A stretch of DNA of 50,205 bases, filler included, from Dirinaria sp. TL-2023a (taxonomy: Eukaryota), in NCBI GenBank assembly GCA_051941275.1. It is 2 parts of 2 records of this genome, joined end to end, with 100 filler letters (N's around TTAATTAATTAA, not from the genome) between each part and the next. Parts side by side here need not be neighbours in the genome. Positions count along the whole stretch, not along the records: positions 25,164 to 50,205 come from JAVEBF010000178.1; 1 more part is not named here. The stretch is one strand, 5' to 3'. The translations under genes were made by a program, and so were the position numbers. The notes under the pieces were generated by a model. That model saw only the letters and a list, made by a program, of their open reading frames with translations. It searched no databases and had not been told where the DNA came from. Below are positions 30,501 through 43,527 of the stretch, piece after piece. Every line of letters starts with the position of its first letter. Within the stretch, counting starts at the first letter, position 1.

Positions 30501-33500
30501 TAGCCAAGGCTCCCTTCACTGCCATTTTGAATTGTTGGATAAGATGCTTTGTGGTGGTGGATTCGATTGTGAACCACCATCCAGGCATTGAGCCTAACCC
30601 TCCAACTCTTGATCCAACGCATAGCGCTCCTTTGCGCCCAAACTCTACAGCCACCAAGCCAAACGGCTCGTCGCGGGAAGGCATTAGCCCAAATTCAACA
30701 CCGCGATGGAAGAAAGGAGGCAAGGTAACAAATTCTGGCCTTGAATACACCCTACGCGGATATTTTGACATTATCTTCTCTAGCTTCAGAGCGGCAAAGC
30801 GACCGTAGATGTCGATTACTGGGCCCACACCTGTTACTCAAGTCAGCGAGGCTTTAAGAAAACGAAGCTTTGCCACTGGCAGACTTAAGATTAGAACTGA
30901 ACACTCACAAATTAGTTGTGCTTTCGGATTACTTTCGAGAATGGCCGGAAAGACATCTGCGATGATGTCGATCCCCTTCTGTATACTCCAACGTCCTACG
31001 AATGCGCACAGCTCGGCGTCTGGGTCAACTTCGAGACCTGCCCACTGCTGGACCTGGCATCTAAACATACTCCGCTGCCCTTCGAATCCCTCATCGACGA
31101 CAGTTTCTTTTGAGGGAGCCTTTTTATCCCATTCTGCCACGTCAGAAGGATCTGGATTTGGTAGGCTTCCTATCTTTCGCAGACCCCACAAAATGGGATA
31201 CCTGGCCCAGCTTCGCTTGCCGTATTTAGCACTCACACCTACGGCGCCGTAGCCTCTCTGCCATACACGCAGATAGCTCGCACCAGCATGGAGGAGGTTG
31301 AAGACTTCTCCAAATTGGATATACTTGCGAACAGTATCTGGACTCAGATTGTATATCTGGCAAACTTCATCCATCTCGTCTGGAGTCCGTATAGCCCAGA
31401 GTCCTTGAAACTCAGCATTATGGAGCGACAGACAGCATGGAATGGTCCGTGGTAGAATATGCAAAGGGGCTACAGCGCCGTGATAATCGTTTATATGGTA
31501 TAAGTCAATGGGAAATCGTTTCATTGTTTCGGCAATACAAGAATTCCTGGGTTGCAGATTAGCGTACTGGTCTATTTCAGACGCACCTTCACAGAGAATA
31601 TTAGCAGGAGAACAAGTTTTCTGCTTACCAAGCGGAATAGAAGATGGCGCTCTCCATATCGTCCATTCGTCTCGGATACGGCTCTTGCTGTGTCTGTTTT
31701 CTGAATATATCTGCATCGAGTAGGACATAAGTGATATTCGGCTGTACATGGTGGTACTGTACTTGAACTGTTTTTCATACTAATGAGCATTGGTTTTTCA
31801 CACTTAGTTTTTTTTTGTGAAGTCGAAAGTGATTTGATGGAATAAAATGACTCGCCTGAATATTCTGTCGCTAAGATCGTGATAATCATAGGTTTAGCTC
31901 TCTGGTCCACAGGATAGTCGATTCCACCAATACAAGGAATTACCCAAACGATGTCTTCGTGCTGTAGATGCTTGCTCATCAACTGTGCCATGACTCCGAG
32001 ACCTCCTATCTTGATTTTGATACCCCAATCTTCAATGTCGTACTCGAGGGTCGCGATCAGAATAGTTCGACGAGCTTGACCTGCAGATGAAGCACCTTGG
32101 ATGAATGCGTCACCCGGCGGCTTTCTTGAACGCATGATGCTCTGAACTTTATTGAAAGGTACCAGACTCTTTTCGGGAAGCCACTTATCGAAGCGAAATC
32201 CCTGAGCTATTTTCAAGGGATGAAGACCAATTTTCTCATGTTGCCCGATGTGATTGAACTTTACAGAGTAGAAAGCTTGCCGGTAGGCCGACACTGCCGC
32301 CAAGGCCGTCATCAGTGGCACAGCCGCAAGAAGACTCCAGATAATGATTTGGCTCAGGCGAGACCCTGTGGGTACAATGTAGTAACGCAGGTCAGCATCC
32401 GAAATTCTGATGCGGTACGCCAGATGTGGCGAGTCAGGATATTGTTCGAGCCAGACAACGTTCTTGAGCAGTGAGACTGGCGAAAGCAAATCTAAGACGG
32501 TGTCATTGTCGACGTCCCCAAAGGCGCGCGTCAGGTCCGGTTTTCCGCCGGGAATAGTTCCCCACACGTTTGCTTGCCATTCCGTGGGCCATTCTGCCAT
32601 GAAATCGTACTCCCATATACCTTCATGGTTTTGGTGCATTGTGCTGGCGAGACCAGAGTCATATCCGTATTCGTTGAAAGAACCATGGACGAATATGTGC
32701 GGATAGCGTCGAGGTAGGTCGTAGTTTAAGTCACCTTGTTGGATGTAATCGCTGCTTCCTGCCATTCTCGCCCAGTATTGCACGCTAACATGATTGCCGT
32801 CCCACCGCTGTTTGCCCGTACCAGTCCAATTTTGATTTTCCAGTGTCGAGTTCCCACCTGTATACCTCTCCCAATTGCTCCAGCTAGAGCCCCAGTTCGT
32901 AGAGTAGCGAAATTTGTCGGCACCAGCAGCTTTGTGTGATATATATAGGCTACCATTTCCATGTTCGTGGAGAAGAGACTCGGAATAGTTCCCACTTCGA
33001 GGGAACACTATCGGATTTTCTTCCTTACCGATTCGAAACAAGAAGTGATCGACAGACTAGGGCACATAAGCACAGATCTTATAGCTTTTCAGCACGCGAG
33101 AAGCCCTACATTGGTTGATGCGTTGCCTTCTTTTGTGGTCACATTCGACACCGTGATCGTATGCACACCATCCGATACATTTTCAAGCTTGGCTGCGAGG
33201 AACCAGGTTGAGGGGATTTGACCTGTGATCAGACCTGTGTACTTGGAGACAAACGCTGTGGTTTCCACACGTTTCTGACACATTACGCTGCTTCTGTTCA
33301 GGGAAGGTAACAAGCCGTCTTCAGTTGAAGAGCTGATCGTGATAGCATCGAGTACATTTTCGCAATTCATCTCCTGTGAAAAGTGAAGTTCAATGGGAAT
33401 ACTGTTGGGCTCTTCGCCGCTGGAATTTGATATGATGCGACTATCGTGCCCAGGTACGAATCTCGTAATGGTTGGTGAAGGTTGCATCCACTTCTCAAAC

Positions 33501-36191
33501 GGGACGTACGCTTTATATCCCCAAGGGGACATGGGCAATGCTGAAAGACAGCCATTGTATTCTGTCGAATTCTCTAGCCCTAATACAGGTATGGTTAGCA
33601 GCGACCCACGCATGGCAGGCTAAGACTTGGGCCCACCAAGTATTTGAGGAGACGCGTCAAAGAGTGTAATTTCATCGTATGGATATAACAGATTCTTGAC
33701 TGTCGTACCACGGTCGAACGGAGCAATCAGGGCCGATGTGTTGTCACTACAATCGAAATCATACGTTTTATTGATCCCTTCGTTAGAGTAAAGAAGCCAA
33801 ACACTCTGGTTGCCCTGTCCCTGATCTGAAAAATCTTGAACTCCTACACGACAATGATGAGAATTCTATCCTAGATGTCGTGGTACGACATACCTGGCCA
33901 CCGGCTTCGTAGAACGCTCCATAGCCCTGTCTCCGTAGCTGTGCCCATTGATCCTGGAAGGTAAACCGGATACGTCTGTTTTGATAATATTTTGACATAG
34001 AAGCCGTCATTGAGGACCGGGTAGCGGGAGCGCATTTCGAACATGCTTTTGATGATGTTGCGGATAGGATGCGATGGATCTCGATGATCGAGACTATTCC
34101 ATTCATCATTGCAGCCTTTGTCGTATGTGCCTGGCGGCCAAGTAGCAAATTTAGCGTTTCCAACGGTATAGCAGCCATGATCCTGCCATGCTACATAAAG
34201 GACTCATCATTAGCATTCCTCTGTAAAAGCATTACGATGAACGAGAGGTGTCTTGTTTTGGGAGGCTCACCGGTAGCTGAAGACATAGATTGCCTTCCAA
34301 AGACGTAATTGTTAGCTGTGTTGTCTAGTACATAGAAAGCCTGTTCCTCGCCCTATTTAAGCTTGTTAGCAATCTCCAACTGGATCGACTAGTAGCAGAA
34401 TTGGTCTCAACTGCACTCCAGAACAAGGGAAAAGGCAATTCGGAATTCATACCCATTCAAGCATAGGGATACCTGGCAGTAACAAGGTCGTGATAAAATT
34501 AGCCAGGTTCTGCTTGTAGGTTCCATTTTCGATCGTGGGCCATCGAAACACGTCTTGGTTTTGTGCACCGTACCTATAAAGTGAGTGATATGGCTATGGT
34601 ACGCGTAGCCGGCCTCGTAATCAGCTTACATGTGCCTTGGATCAAATACACCAGTATTCGCATTGATTAAGTCGGTTGTTTTGATGAAGTCATTCCAAGC
34701 TTCGACCTGTTTGCATATCAGTACTCGTCACTGGTTAACAGAGTGTCCTTGTTGACCCACGAAGTCGACAGGGGTCTCGCCAGTAGCTCCCAAATCCCCA
34801 TCCATTCTGTAATGTTCGTAAGTAGAGTCCTATGTCTCTTTCTTAAGCTCACTTACCCAAGGAAGCGGGTCAGAGCTCTGTAAGTTGAATAGTGAAAGCA
34901 AGCAGCATCGAATGCTTGTTTACCTTCATCTCGAATGAAAAGCGAGCTGTCCGAGTTATTGGAGGTTAAACGGACTGCCTTCTCGGTGTCATTGACTGCC
35001 ATGGATGGCTCTTTACCTCGTCCCAGATAAACAGCGCCGAATGCATTCCCACTAACGATTTCACCAGGGATGAAGAAATTATTCTTGCCAAGAGAGCTAG
35101 CACACTCGCGTATGTGATCGGCGAACTCTCCCTGAGCATCAACGGTGATTTGCTGCCCTTTATCCATTCGAAATCCATCAGCATCAAGCATCGCGAGCTG
35201 GATGCAAGAGAGATGCTGTATCTTTGCGCGAACAGACGGCTTCCACTCACGCAAGCGATCCTGCACTGACGCAAATTTGCTAAGTTGCCGCTGCCATTCG
35301 GGATAGATATCAAAGGCCGCAATGTCCCCGTACTGGTTGAAGTCACTATCCCTACAGCCAATGAAATTTTGCGTACCATTGCCGACGACTCTCTCCCCAT
35401 CTGGCCAAGTTAGATGCTGCGCAAGCTCAACACTTCAGACACTCACAATCATCCCAGAATCTCGGATAGTCGCAATTTGGCAGCTCAGTATTATTGAAAT
35501 CAAAATCGTGGTATCGTCGTGACGTCTTCCACAACGCGTTGTGTTCACCGAATGCCAGCGGTGTAGACACATTGAGATATCCCTCAAAGCCCAGCAGATC
35601 TCCCAGTGTCGCCATCGTATTATCCAGTATGACATACATCCCGCGTGCATGCATTTCGTCGATGCATTCTCTCCACGCCTTGATCTCACCGAAGTGGGGA
35701 TCTAGGAGGGTAAGATCAAGAGGGCTAAAGGCGTCTGCGCCCCAAGGCATATTGATCAACGGGCTACCCGCAAGATAGATGCCTTTGATTCCCATTCCCA
35801 CTAGGTAGTCTAGCGTGTCTTGAAGGCCTTTGATGTCGCCACCATGCCGCAGTTGGGTACCAGTCAAATCGTGTTCCCAACTTGTACCGTTCGCGTCGTC
35901 GTTTGTGGGATCTCCGTTGACGAATCTATCGAGCATAAGAGTATAAAAAGGGAATCGCCAATTTGTTGGTGAAGGGTGATATGCTGCGATTTTGTAAGCC
36001 TTTTTTTCTTTCTAACCTCCAAAGCAAAGGTGTATCTGACTATGATTTTGCCATTCGCCCCAATAATCGAGGGGATCGGTTGCTGTTTCGTTCTGGTTGA
36101 GATTCCACTTCACCTGCTCAGGCTCATATCTCAGAGAGACAACGAAGTGAAGCAGGAGCATAAGCTCAGCCACTATAACGCTGCAGAACAT
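27597..36191 (-). CDS. AGS1: Cell-wall alpha-1,3-glucan synthase (Ags/Mok: extracellular GH13 domain, GT5 glycogen-synthase-like domain, C-terminal multipass domain), about 2457 aa, 17 introns: 35984-36040, 35401-35446, 34807-34856, 34707-34760, 34574-34629, 34353-34452, 34191-34270, 33844-33893, 33580-33636, 33057-33109, 31768-31855 (GC-AG), 31547-31628, 30831-30908, 29570-29790 (boundaries uncertain), 28947-28993, 28578-28624, 28224-28278
   Basis: Signal peptide followed by [37 protein letters not shown]13 DGFRMDKG and GEIV. GT5 motifs [44 protein letters not shown]-terminus [10 protein letters not shown]. The spliced length of 7374 nt is divisible by 3. Confidence 0.95.
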
Positions 36192-38671
36192 AATGATACA
36201 GGACAAAATGTTAAAAGAACGAAAGAAACGCGGCCCAAGGCTACGCGTTGAACAGTATCAGTAGACAGAATATGGGCAAACAGAATTGTTAAAAGTAAGA
36301 AGGAACCTTGGTGGAAGAGTCAACAGATAGGTCTATCGACAGATAGGACTATTTAAATAGATAGTTGACCCATCTTCTTAGAACACTTGCAATCTCAAAA
36401 TATATCGTGCAGATGGCCGCGAGCCGACCTTTTAGTGCCTGAGCACAAATCATGATCAAATTACCATAGGTCTCCCCCCGGCCAGTGAGACCCGATGACA
36501 CTGCGCAGATTGACCAAGGGATATGTAGCACCCCTGTCGAAGCCAGAAAGATTGATGGATATCTCTACCCCAGAGAAATCGGAGGATCACTAACCAGTGG
36601 CAATAATTGCTACTAGAAATGGGACTATAACTATCCACAAGTTAGAGTAAAGCCAAGCTCCACACATAGTGTGTCAAAAGCTTCGCTAGTTATGATTTGC
36701 AGGGTGTCTAAAGGGCTTATGGTTAGTGTGCTATTCTTGCTGAATGTACCACGCGCAACCTCATCGAGATCCTTGCCATAAGCCGTCATGAAAACAATAA
36801 GGCTCGGCCTCAAAGATCAGAAGAAGCTAGCTGAGATGCATGCGTTTCTGAGGAGGATTCCGTGAAGTGACCACTGTGGGCACGGAGAAGCAGTGCTGCC
36901 ATTTTCCGCCCTAGTCTGTCTTCCAGAAAGAGCCATAGCTGGAATAGCACCAAGGGTTATACATTGACTCCACTGGCTCCGAGCCTCCCAGTGGAGCGTC
37001 AGAGACAAAGCCTCTCCCAAGGTAGAGACCGTTTCCGAGATAGCGACACCTGTCTTGTGTCATCGTGGGGGAAATGAATCTTGGAAAGTGGATCAACCAG
37101 ATCATGAACCCTTGCTCGTATCGATGAAGCCGAGATAGCTTCATCGAAATAGTATATTTTACTATTTTGAGTGTGCAACGCTGTCAAGATCTAAGGTAGG
37201 CGTCCATGCAGAGGGTCGATCATCTTCCGAATGCTGTGGTTAGTTAATGGACAAACACATGCCAATTAAAAATTTCCGCGAAAGTTTGCAATGCCGTTTG
37301 TGACTGCTCCTAGTATTTCCTGGTAAGGTATCTCGCAAAGCCTAAAATGGCAATGGAGAAATTTCACTGGCCGTTTCAAGTGTCGGAAAGGGCACGTTCC
37401 GGAAGCTAGGGGGGAAACAGTTTTCCAATAGAATGAATATCTTGAGTATCCTCATCGATGGTGTCTTACGGTATGTGATAATCCTTGTCTGCCTTACCTA
37501 AGGACGCATGAGAGGGGTCTATTTAAGGAAGATCGACATTAAGTATCCTCGAGGTTCCTATGGAGCGAATACTTTTCCAGCTTGCAAGCGCCAGTCCCGA
37601 CCGCGCCCATACCTTGTTCATTTGGTAGGATGCCGTCATAAGGTACTCTCTCGACCTTCTTCTTCACTACTCGTTTTCATCTGTTTTCTCTGAATCTTTT
37701 TCCCACCATTTTCAACCCTGAGCGATTTTTTCTATTCGATTGTGGCACTTTTGTGACGAATCGTTCTATCGTCACTTCACTAAAGCATTTTGCTTGAAAC
37801 TCGCATTTTGTCAGAACAGAGGGATGGAAATACGTAAATCCCAGACATTAGAAGGGTTAGCTAAATGCATCATCAATGTGAAACTGAATATCTGGTGGGA
37901 GTGAGGTGTGGCGGCAATGGGAACCCTAAGTAGAAATATCGATGCCTGCCTTAAGGTAATCTGATAACAGTTCCCCCCCGTCTGTAGATACCTAATACTC
38001 TACGATGTTAGAGAAAAAAAAACATATTTACCATTGAATGATCGTCGGTCTCTTCTATACCTTTTTCAACCTGGAACATATCCAGTGAAAGCTTCAATTG
38101 ACCGGGTAGGAGAAGACGAGTGTAGAGATGTGGAGATAGTATACACATACAAAACACTTGTGTGGATATTGTCGACTGGACATAGATCCTGCCTGAATCC
38201 CTTCATCGATGCCTCTCACAGTTCGTACTTGCCTAATATTGCTCACTGCACCTTGAATCACATATCATACATCAATGTAGTATCTTGACCGACGTTGCAT
38301 TATTAGATCGTCCAGGTCGCTCAAAGGCGCTCTGAGCTCTCAATCCGACATACTTGCATTCGTTATGTACAATGTGAGGCCATAACCTTTCTATCAGAAT
38401 CTAGCCATCTATTCGTACCTTTAACCCTGACGCCGTGGGCAATACTCGCTTCATGCTGGCCTGGCCGGACCGGATCCTGTATGCTTTGTAGTAAAGGAGA
38501 TGTTGAAAATACTGTATTACGTAGTATGTTGTTGTTCAGGAACGAACACAGCTCGGAAATGCCATTGTCGAGCGATGTGGAATGGCAAACGCTGAAGATT
38601 AACCATGGCCAAATATCATGGTAGGCAGAGAGCTGGATGCAATCAAAATTTCATTGATGCTGTGAGCGCTT

Positions 38672-41230
38672 TCATCGAGTGATGATAAGTGAAAAGCCGT
38701 CGACCCATTTGCCGCATGTGCCCGAGACGCCTGCTATGCTGTACCCTCGTGGAGGTATTAAAGTATGCCTAAGCCACGGGCGTCAGCGGTTTCTCTAACG
38801 GGAGTTCCAGCACTAACCCAGAACCGCCCTTCGGATTACCAAAAATGCCAGACCGCCTCCCTAGACTGGTCAGTATCTCAATTCCATCGATCCAAAGGCC
38901 CGCCCGCAGGTAGAATCCGAGCAGAATCTCGCCTCGCCTCGTATCTGGATAACGTTAGAAGCACTTCCCATAGGAACAAGAACCAAGAGTACCAAAAAGA
39001 AACTCGCTGCCACCGGGTTTGCCTCCTCGTTTCCCAAACAGCTGGCTGGTAGCGTCTTCATAACAGAACTCTACACCATCCAGAGCGAATCCATGGTAGA
39101 CTTTGATAGAAGTAAGCAGCTTGTGAAGCTTTATTGCGCTCTCCAGTATCACTTGTTCAGGCGAACTTCCTTCCTGCTGAGAGAAACCAAGTTTGCTCCC
39201 TTTGAATCCCGGCTGCCCGTTCGGAAGCTTCACCGTGGAGTCCTTGCCTTTCAGCTGGCCAAAGTCATCGATTTTGTGCTCGCCTCCCCCTGCCGAGTAC
39301 ATCCGGACTTTGAACTTCTTATTGCGTTTATCTTCAGGTAGTCGACTTTTCAATTCTGATTCTGTAAGAACAACCTGCACAGGCGGAGTGCCAGGCATAG
39401 CATCACCCTTGCCATACTCTATCCACGAACGGCAAAATTCATCACCCTGCGCGAACAGCTCAATGAAATGAACTCCGGTGGCCGCGGTGACAAGCACTTT
39501 TCCGTTGTCCACAGGCCATACATGGACGCTATTATCGGGGGCCAAGGGAGCATCAGTTGGTATTTGAAAACACGGGTGGGACCGAAAACGCAGAGTATCC
39601 AAACGGTGCCAGTTACATTCGTCTTTCTGCAGACAAAGTCGCATCCCCGGCGATTTTGTCCTGGTCGAGTATGGCTCTCTGCATAGAAACGTTCTATTGA
39701 ATCTCACGTAATCTCGAAGCATAACCCCCGACTCTTGATGAGGGCAGCCAAGCATGTGGCCTGTCTCATGAAGATGAGCTCCGATCCCAACATTGGCCGC
39801 TTCCCAATTGCTGCCTGACTCGTTGCAGTCGTTAGCGACGTATGCCGTGTCAGTTCTCGTGCAGTCCGATAACGCCGGCACAACCTCTTCAATGCACGAA
39901 GGATAGCTCTGTAGCGCGTGAGAGCCGCAAATGGCAAGCTGGATCTCGTCGGCATCGTCGCTGCAACCAAGTGCTGCGTGACCGGCTATGGTTCTTGCAT
40001 GAACATCCCAATGCGCATCCAACAACAACACTGATACATATTGCTTTTGGCCTTTCTCTGGCTTGAAATGCTGTTTGACAGCTTCTTTTGCGATACTGAA
40101 AAGATCGTTCTTGTGTGTGGCCTTGTCGTACTGCTGGGCTATGTCCAAGTCCCTCAACTCTTTTACAGTCTTGTCAGACCTGACGACATGAATCTTCGCC
40201 TCATTCCTCATCTGGGCGGTGGCTCTGTCTCGGAAAGAGAGAGAGCCTGTCTGCCATTCCTCCTCGAACCTGAAACACCGCCTTCCGAAACCATTGCGAC
40301 ACATTTGTTCGCCGGTGAACGCTTGCCAAAGGTAAGCGGCCATCCTGAATTTTCGAATGGCCGTTTCCAGCCCATTCCCTTCTCGCTGGATCCGTTCTGG
40401 TACTGCATCAAAGGTCCCTGGGGAATCTTTACCAAGAAGTATAACAAGCTGAAGCGGCGGGGCGTTGACCAAAGGAAGAAAGTTCAAGCAGAACCAGGTT
40501 GAGTGTGCTGGAACGGATGAGCTGTTGGCGGGGAATTTGGGAGAGGTAAAGTCAAAGCGTAGCCGGTTTGGACCAGGATTCAGGTGCACAAGTGCTTTGA
40601 AATGAGAGTCGTTGACAGGCCATAATGTCGGTGGGAAGCTTTCCTGATTATGGTATACAGTCAAAGTGCCGTCTAACACTTGCTTGTCGGGATCGCCAAT
40701 CTGACCATATACCAGAAGGACTTTTTGATGTACCTGTCGTCAATTCAGCCTCAGCGGACATCTCCAGGTGTACGACAACCATAGCCGGAGAATGCTTACC
40801 CATGAGTTTTCCGATATAGATACAATTTGAGGCGCAAATGGAGATGCTGGTAACCTGCTCGTAGAACTTCCATTGACTGACGGAGCACCCATTCCCTGCA
40901 GTGCAACCTTTAGCAGAAGCGCAGTGGTACCTCTCGATGTTGCCATACCATTACACTTAGCCTGCTGCTAGACATGCTCACAGCGACTGGCCTCTGTGGT
41001 GGGGGCCCAATCGCGCTCGACGATTTGCTAAGTGTGAGGTTTGGCGTGGACATGTGGGGTTGGACGGTAGAGGGAGGGGTTGAAGAACCATACGTAGATG
41101 AGGATTGTGTCGTAGGGACAGTCTCATTGGACCTATTGGTGCCGTCCGAGCCATGCAGCGGTCCGTGCAATCCATTCTTGTTCGATTTGGAGCTGGTTCT
41201 ACGACGCCGTAGATCCTTGAAGAAAGGCAT
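38672..41230 (-). CDS. Putative zinc metallopeptidase (YIL108W-like) with a C-terminal jacalin-like lectin domain, about 780 aa. Exons 41230-40949, 40895-40800, 40733-38993, 38944-38818, 38768-38672
   Basis: Metzincin motif HETGHMLGCPH, KFRMAAYLWQAFT and jacalin-like repeats (IKVYHGFALDGVEF..LFG, YLRAGLWIDGIEI..IFG, GKWVDGF). Four canonical introns. Confidence 0.88.
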
Positions 41231-42282
41231 CTAGATACTGGATGACCGGGGAAACAAGGGCATTGGAGTTTGGCGAGGCGGGCCTGCCAATGGTCGCAGA
41301 TGTGGGAGCTCAATCTCGGTGTAGATGACGTTGGTTGTGGAATTTGATACTCGGACGGAGGCTCTGCAGAATGAGCGGCAGGCGATGTGAAAAATCGAGA
41401 AACGAGCGACCAAACTTCCAACAGACCTATGCTGAAACGACAGAAAAGTATCTCAAGAGCAAAGGAAGTGGCTCTGATGCGGATGGGAAAATTTGAAATT
41501 TGAAAAGTTGTTTTATCATGTCCGAAAGTGATCTATGCATGAGGAAGGACACTAACGCGCTGCCAGCAGTGCAACATACTACTACTCTTGGAGCGACTTC
41601 CTCCAGAAAAGCGACTTATTTTTGGATTTTCTAACATGCTGTATGCTTCCTACGTGTATGATAGAGCTCAGTCCACCCTCCTTTAACAAGCCTACAGTGA
41701 TCATTGTAGCTTTACAACGATGCTTCTTACATCCAACTCAAATCCCAGAAGCTAAGTACCTTCCTAAAGTACAGTACATAAGATTTACGTCCTAGTGCGG
41801 TTGACTTTCCTGATAAGCCAGCAGCCAATTGCATTCACAGATACTCGCCTTGGGGAAGGAAGCAGAGTGTGAAACCCTCGAGTTATCAGGCGGAAATGAA
41901 GACAGCCAATCAACGCTGACGCACAGGCCAAGACATGACTCTCTGCTGCAGTCTAACGCGATGCAGTCGCGTTTAATATTCTTCCCACTCCAACCTCCTT
42001 CCCCTCCATTTTTCACCAGCATACCGTTATGTTAGATTTCCTCTCAACCCTCCTGTGAAGTAATCTCCACACCAAGCATCACCAATGCTAGGTGATCCAT
42101 CGGAAAACGTCGAACATTCTCCTTCTTTTGCTCAATAGAACAAGAACGCAGCCAGTGCAATTGCAAATCCAATCCACGTCTTGCCGCCCAATAATTTCAA
42201 CCCTCACTGCTGCGGCCTTGATGGATCCTTCCCAATCTGTTGCATGACGCCAAAGCATACATACACAGTGGATCTCTGAGCC

Positions 42283-43527
42283 ATGAGCATCATGTCTTCT
42301 TCTCCATTGGGGCGGGACACTCCAGACATTGTTGTTGATAAAGTTCTGAGACGAGTAGAAGTTGCGAAGGTAAAGTAGACAGAAATCCTACATAACCGAC
42401 GATGCGTATCAGGTCGACCACAAATGCCCATCACAGCTAACACTTCAAAACTTTAGATAGCTAGGAAGTTACATGATCGCCTCGCGTTGGCCAGTTACAA
42501 AGCCCAGCATGACCTTGAAAACATGAGCTTCACCCTAGTGGAGGCCCATGTAGCGAGTTCGGTCAAAAGGACGAGGCCAACTTCGAGCAATGCCACATCA
42601 TCCGATTCTTCCTCGAGTACATCCGAAATTCCCTTGTTCTCGAGCACTCTAGGGTCCTCCCCTATTACTGCCCCTTTCTTCTCGGATGACACTCATGGAT
42701 CTGAAGCGCCTAAGCGCCTCTCGAAACGCAGTCGATTTGATTCAATCTCAGTAAAGCCCAATGTACGCGTAGATGCACGCAAGCGCCTGCGGACACAGTC
42801 AATGGCGCCGCCGTCGGAACGAACGCATCATTTCTGGAAATCTGCCCACAATCTGCCCGAGTCCTCACCCATCTACCATCGGCAGACCTCCCATTTCTCT
42901 ACGTCTCATGGGCCAAACCTATCCTTCGTATCTGAAACAACTACCATTCCTGACTCTCCTTCCTTCGGCCCAAATGCGCAAAATGAGAGCCATATGCGCC
43001 CAGCGCAGCCTTTCACTGAGGACACCTTCAAATTCCATTCCTCACCGCCGCGTACTCCTCCGCCTTCGCGATCCCGTACCGCGTCCAGACGTAAAAATAT
43101 TGCTGGAGGAGAAGAAGGGGCGGATCTTCTGATGTATCTTGCTGCATCACCGTCCCCCGCTAATCCTGCGCCCAAGGGTCAGACCGTTGCCCCGTCCACT
43201 CCTCCGTCACACACTCAAGCTCTCCCATCATCCATCATGTCCACACCAGGTGGCGGTGGCTTTATGGCAGGCTTCAGCACGCCTGGCCAGCAATTTAATT
43301 TTGCGGATTTTGTGAACATTACCCCCAGCCCTGCTCAAGGCGCATTCAGCAGTCGGACACCCATACCAGCTAGGACTCCGCTCGCTGCGAAGGAAGCAAG
43401 AAGAAGGCTGAACTTCGAGTCTCTTGCGCCTCCCGGTGGAAGTCCAAACCTTAGTAATATCAGTCGCGGGTCGAATGCGAAAGAAAATGGTCTAGGTATG
43501 GAGCTGGGTGGTGAGCTGGTCTCCTAA
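42283..43527 (+). CDS. Whi5/Nrm1/Stb1-type G1/S transcription regulator (GTB motif), SP/TP-rich, about 385 aa. Exons 42283-42369, 42457-43527
   Basis: Intron 42370-42456 (GTAAAG..GCTAAC..TAG) gives KIARKLHDRLALASYKAQHDLENMSFTLVE, which resembles the Whi5-family GTB motif. Also EEGADLLMYLAASPSP, FNFADFVNITPSP and many CDK-type S/T-P sites. Confidence 0.72.

Noticed and set aside
37959..37967. Isolated ATCTGATAA (SreA-like) about 1.8 kb upstream of ags
   Set aside because: A single copy far from any iron-related gene, compatible with chance.
42370..42456. Possible second two-part intron (internal CAG|GTCGAC splitting it into 43 + 44 nt)
   Set aside because: The internal donor GTCGAC is far from consensus and the first half lacks a CTRAY branch point, so a single 87-nt intron is the simpler reading.
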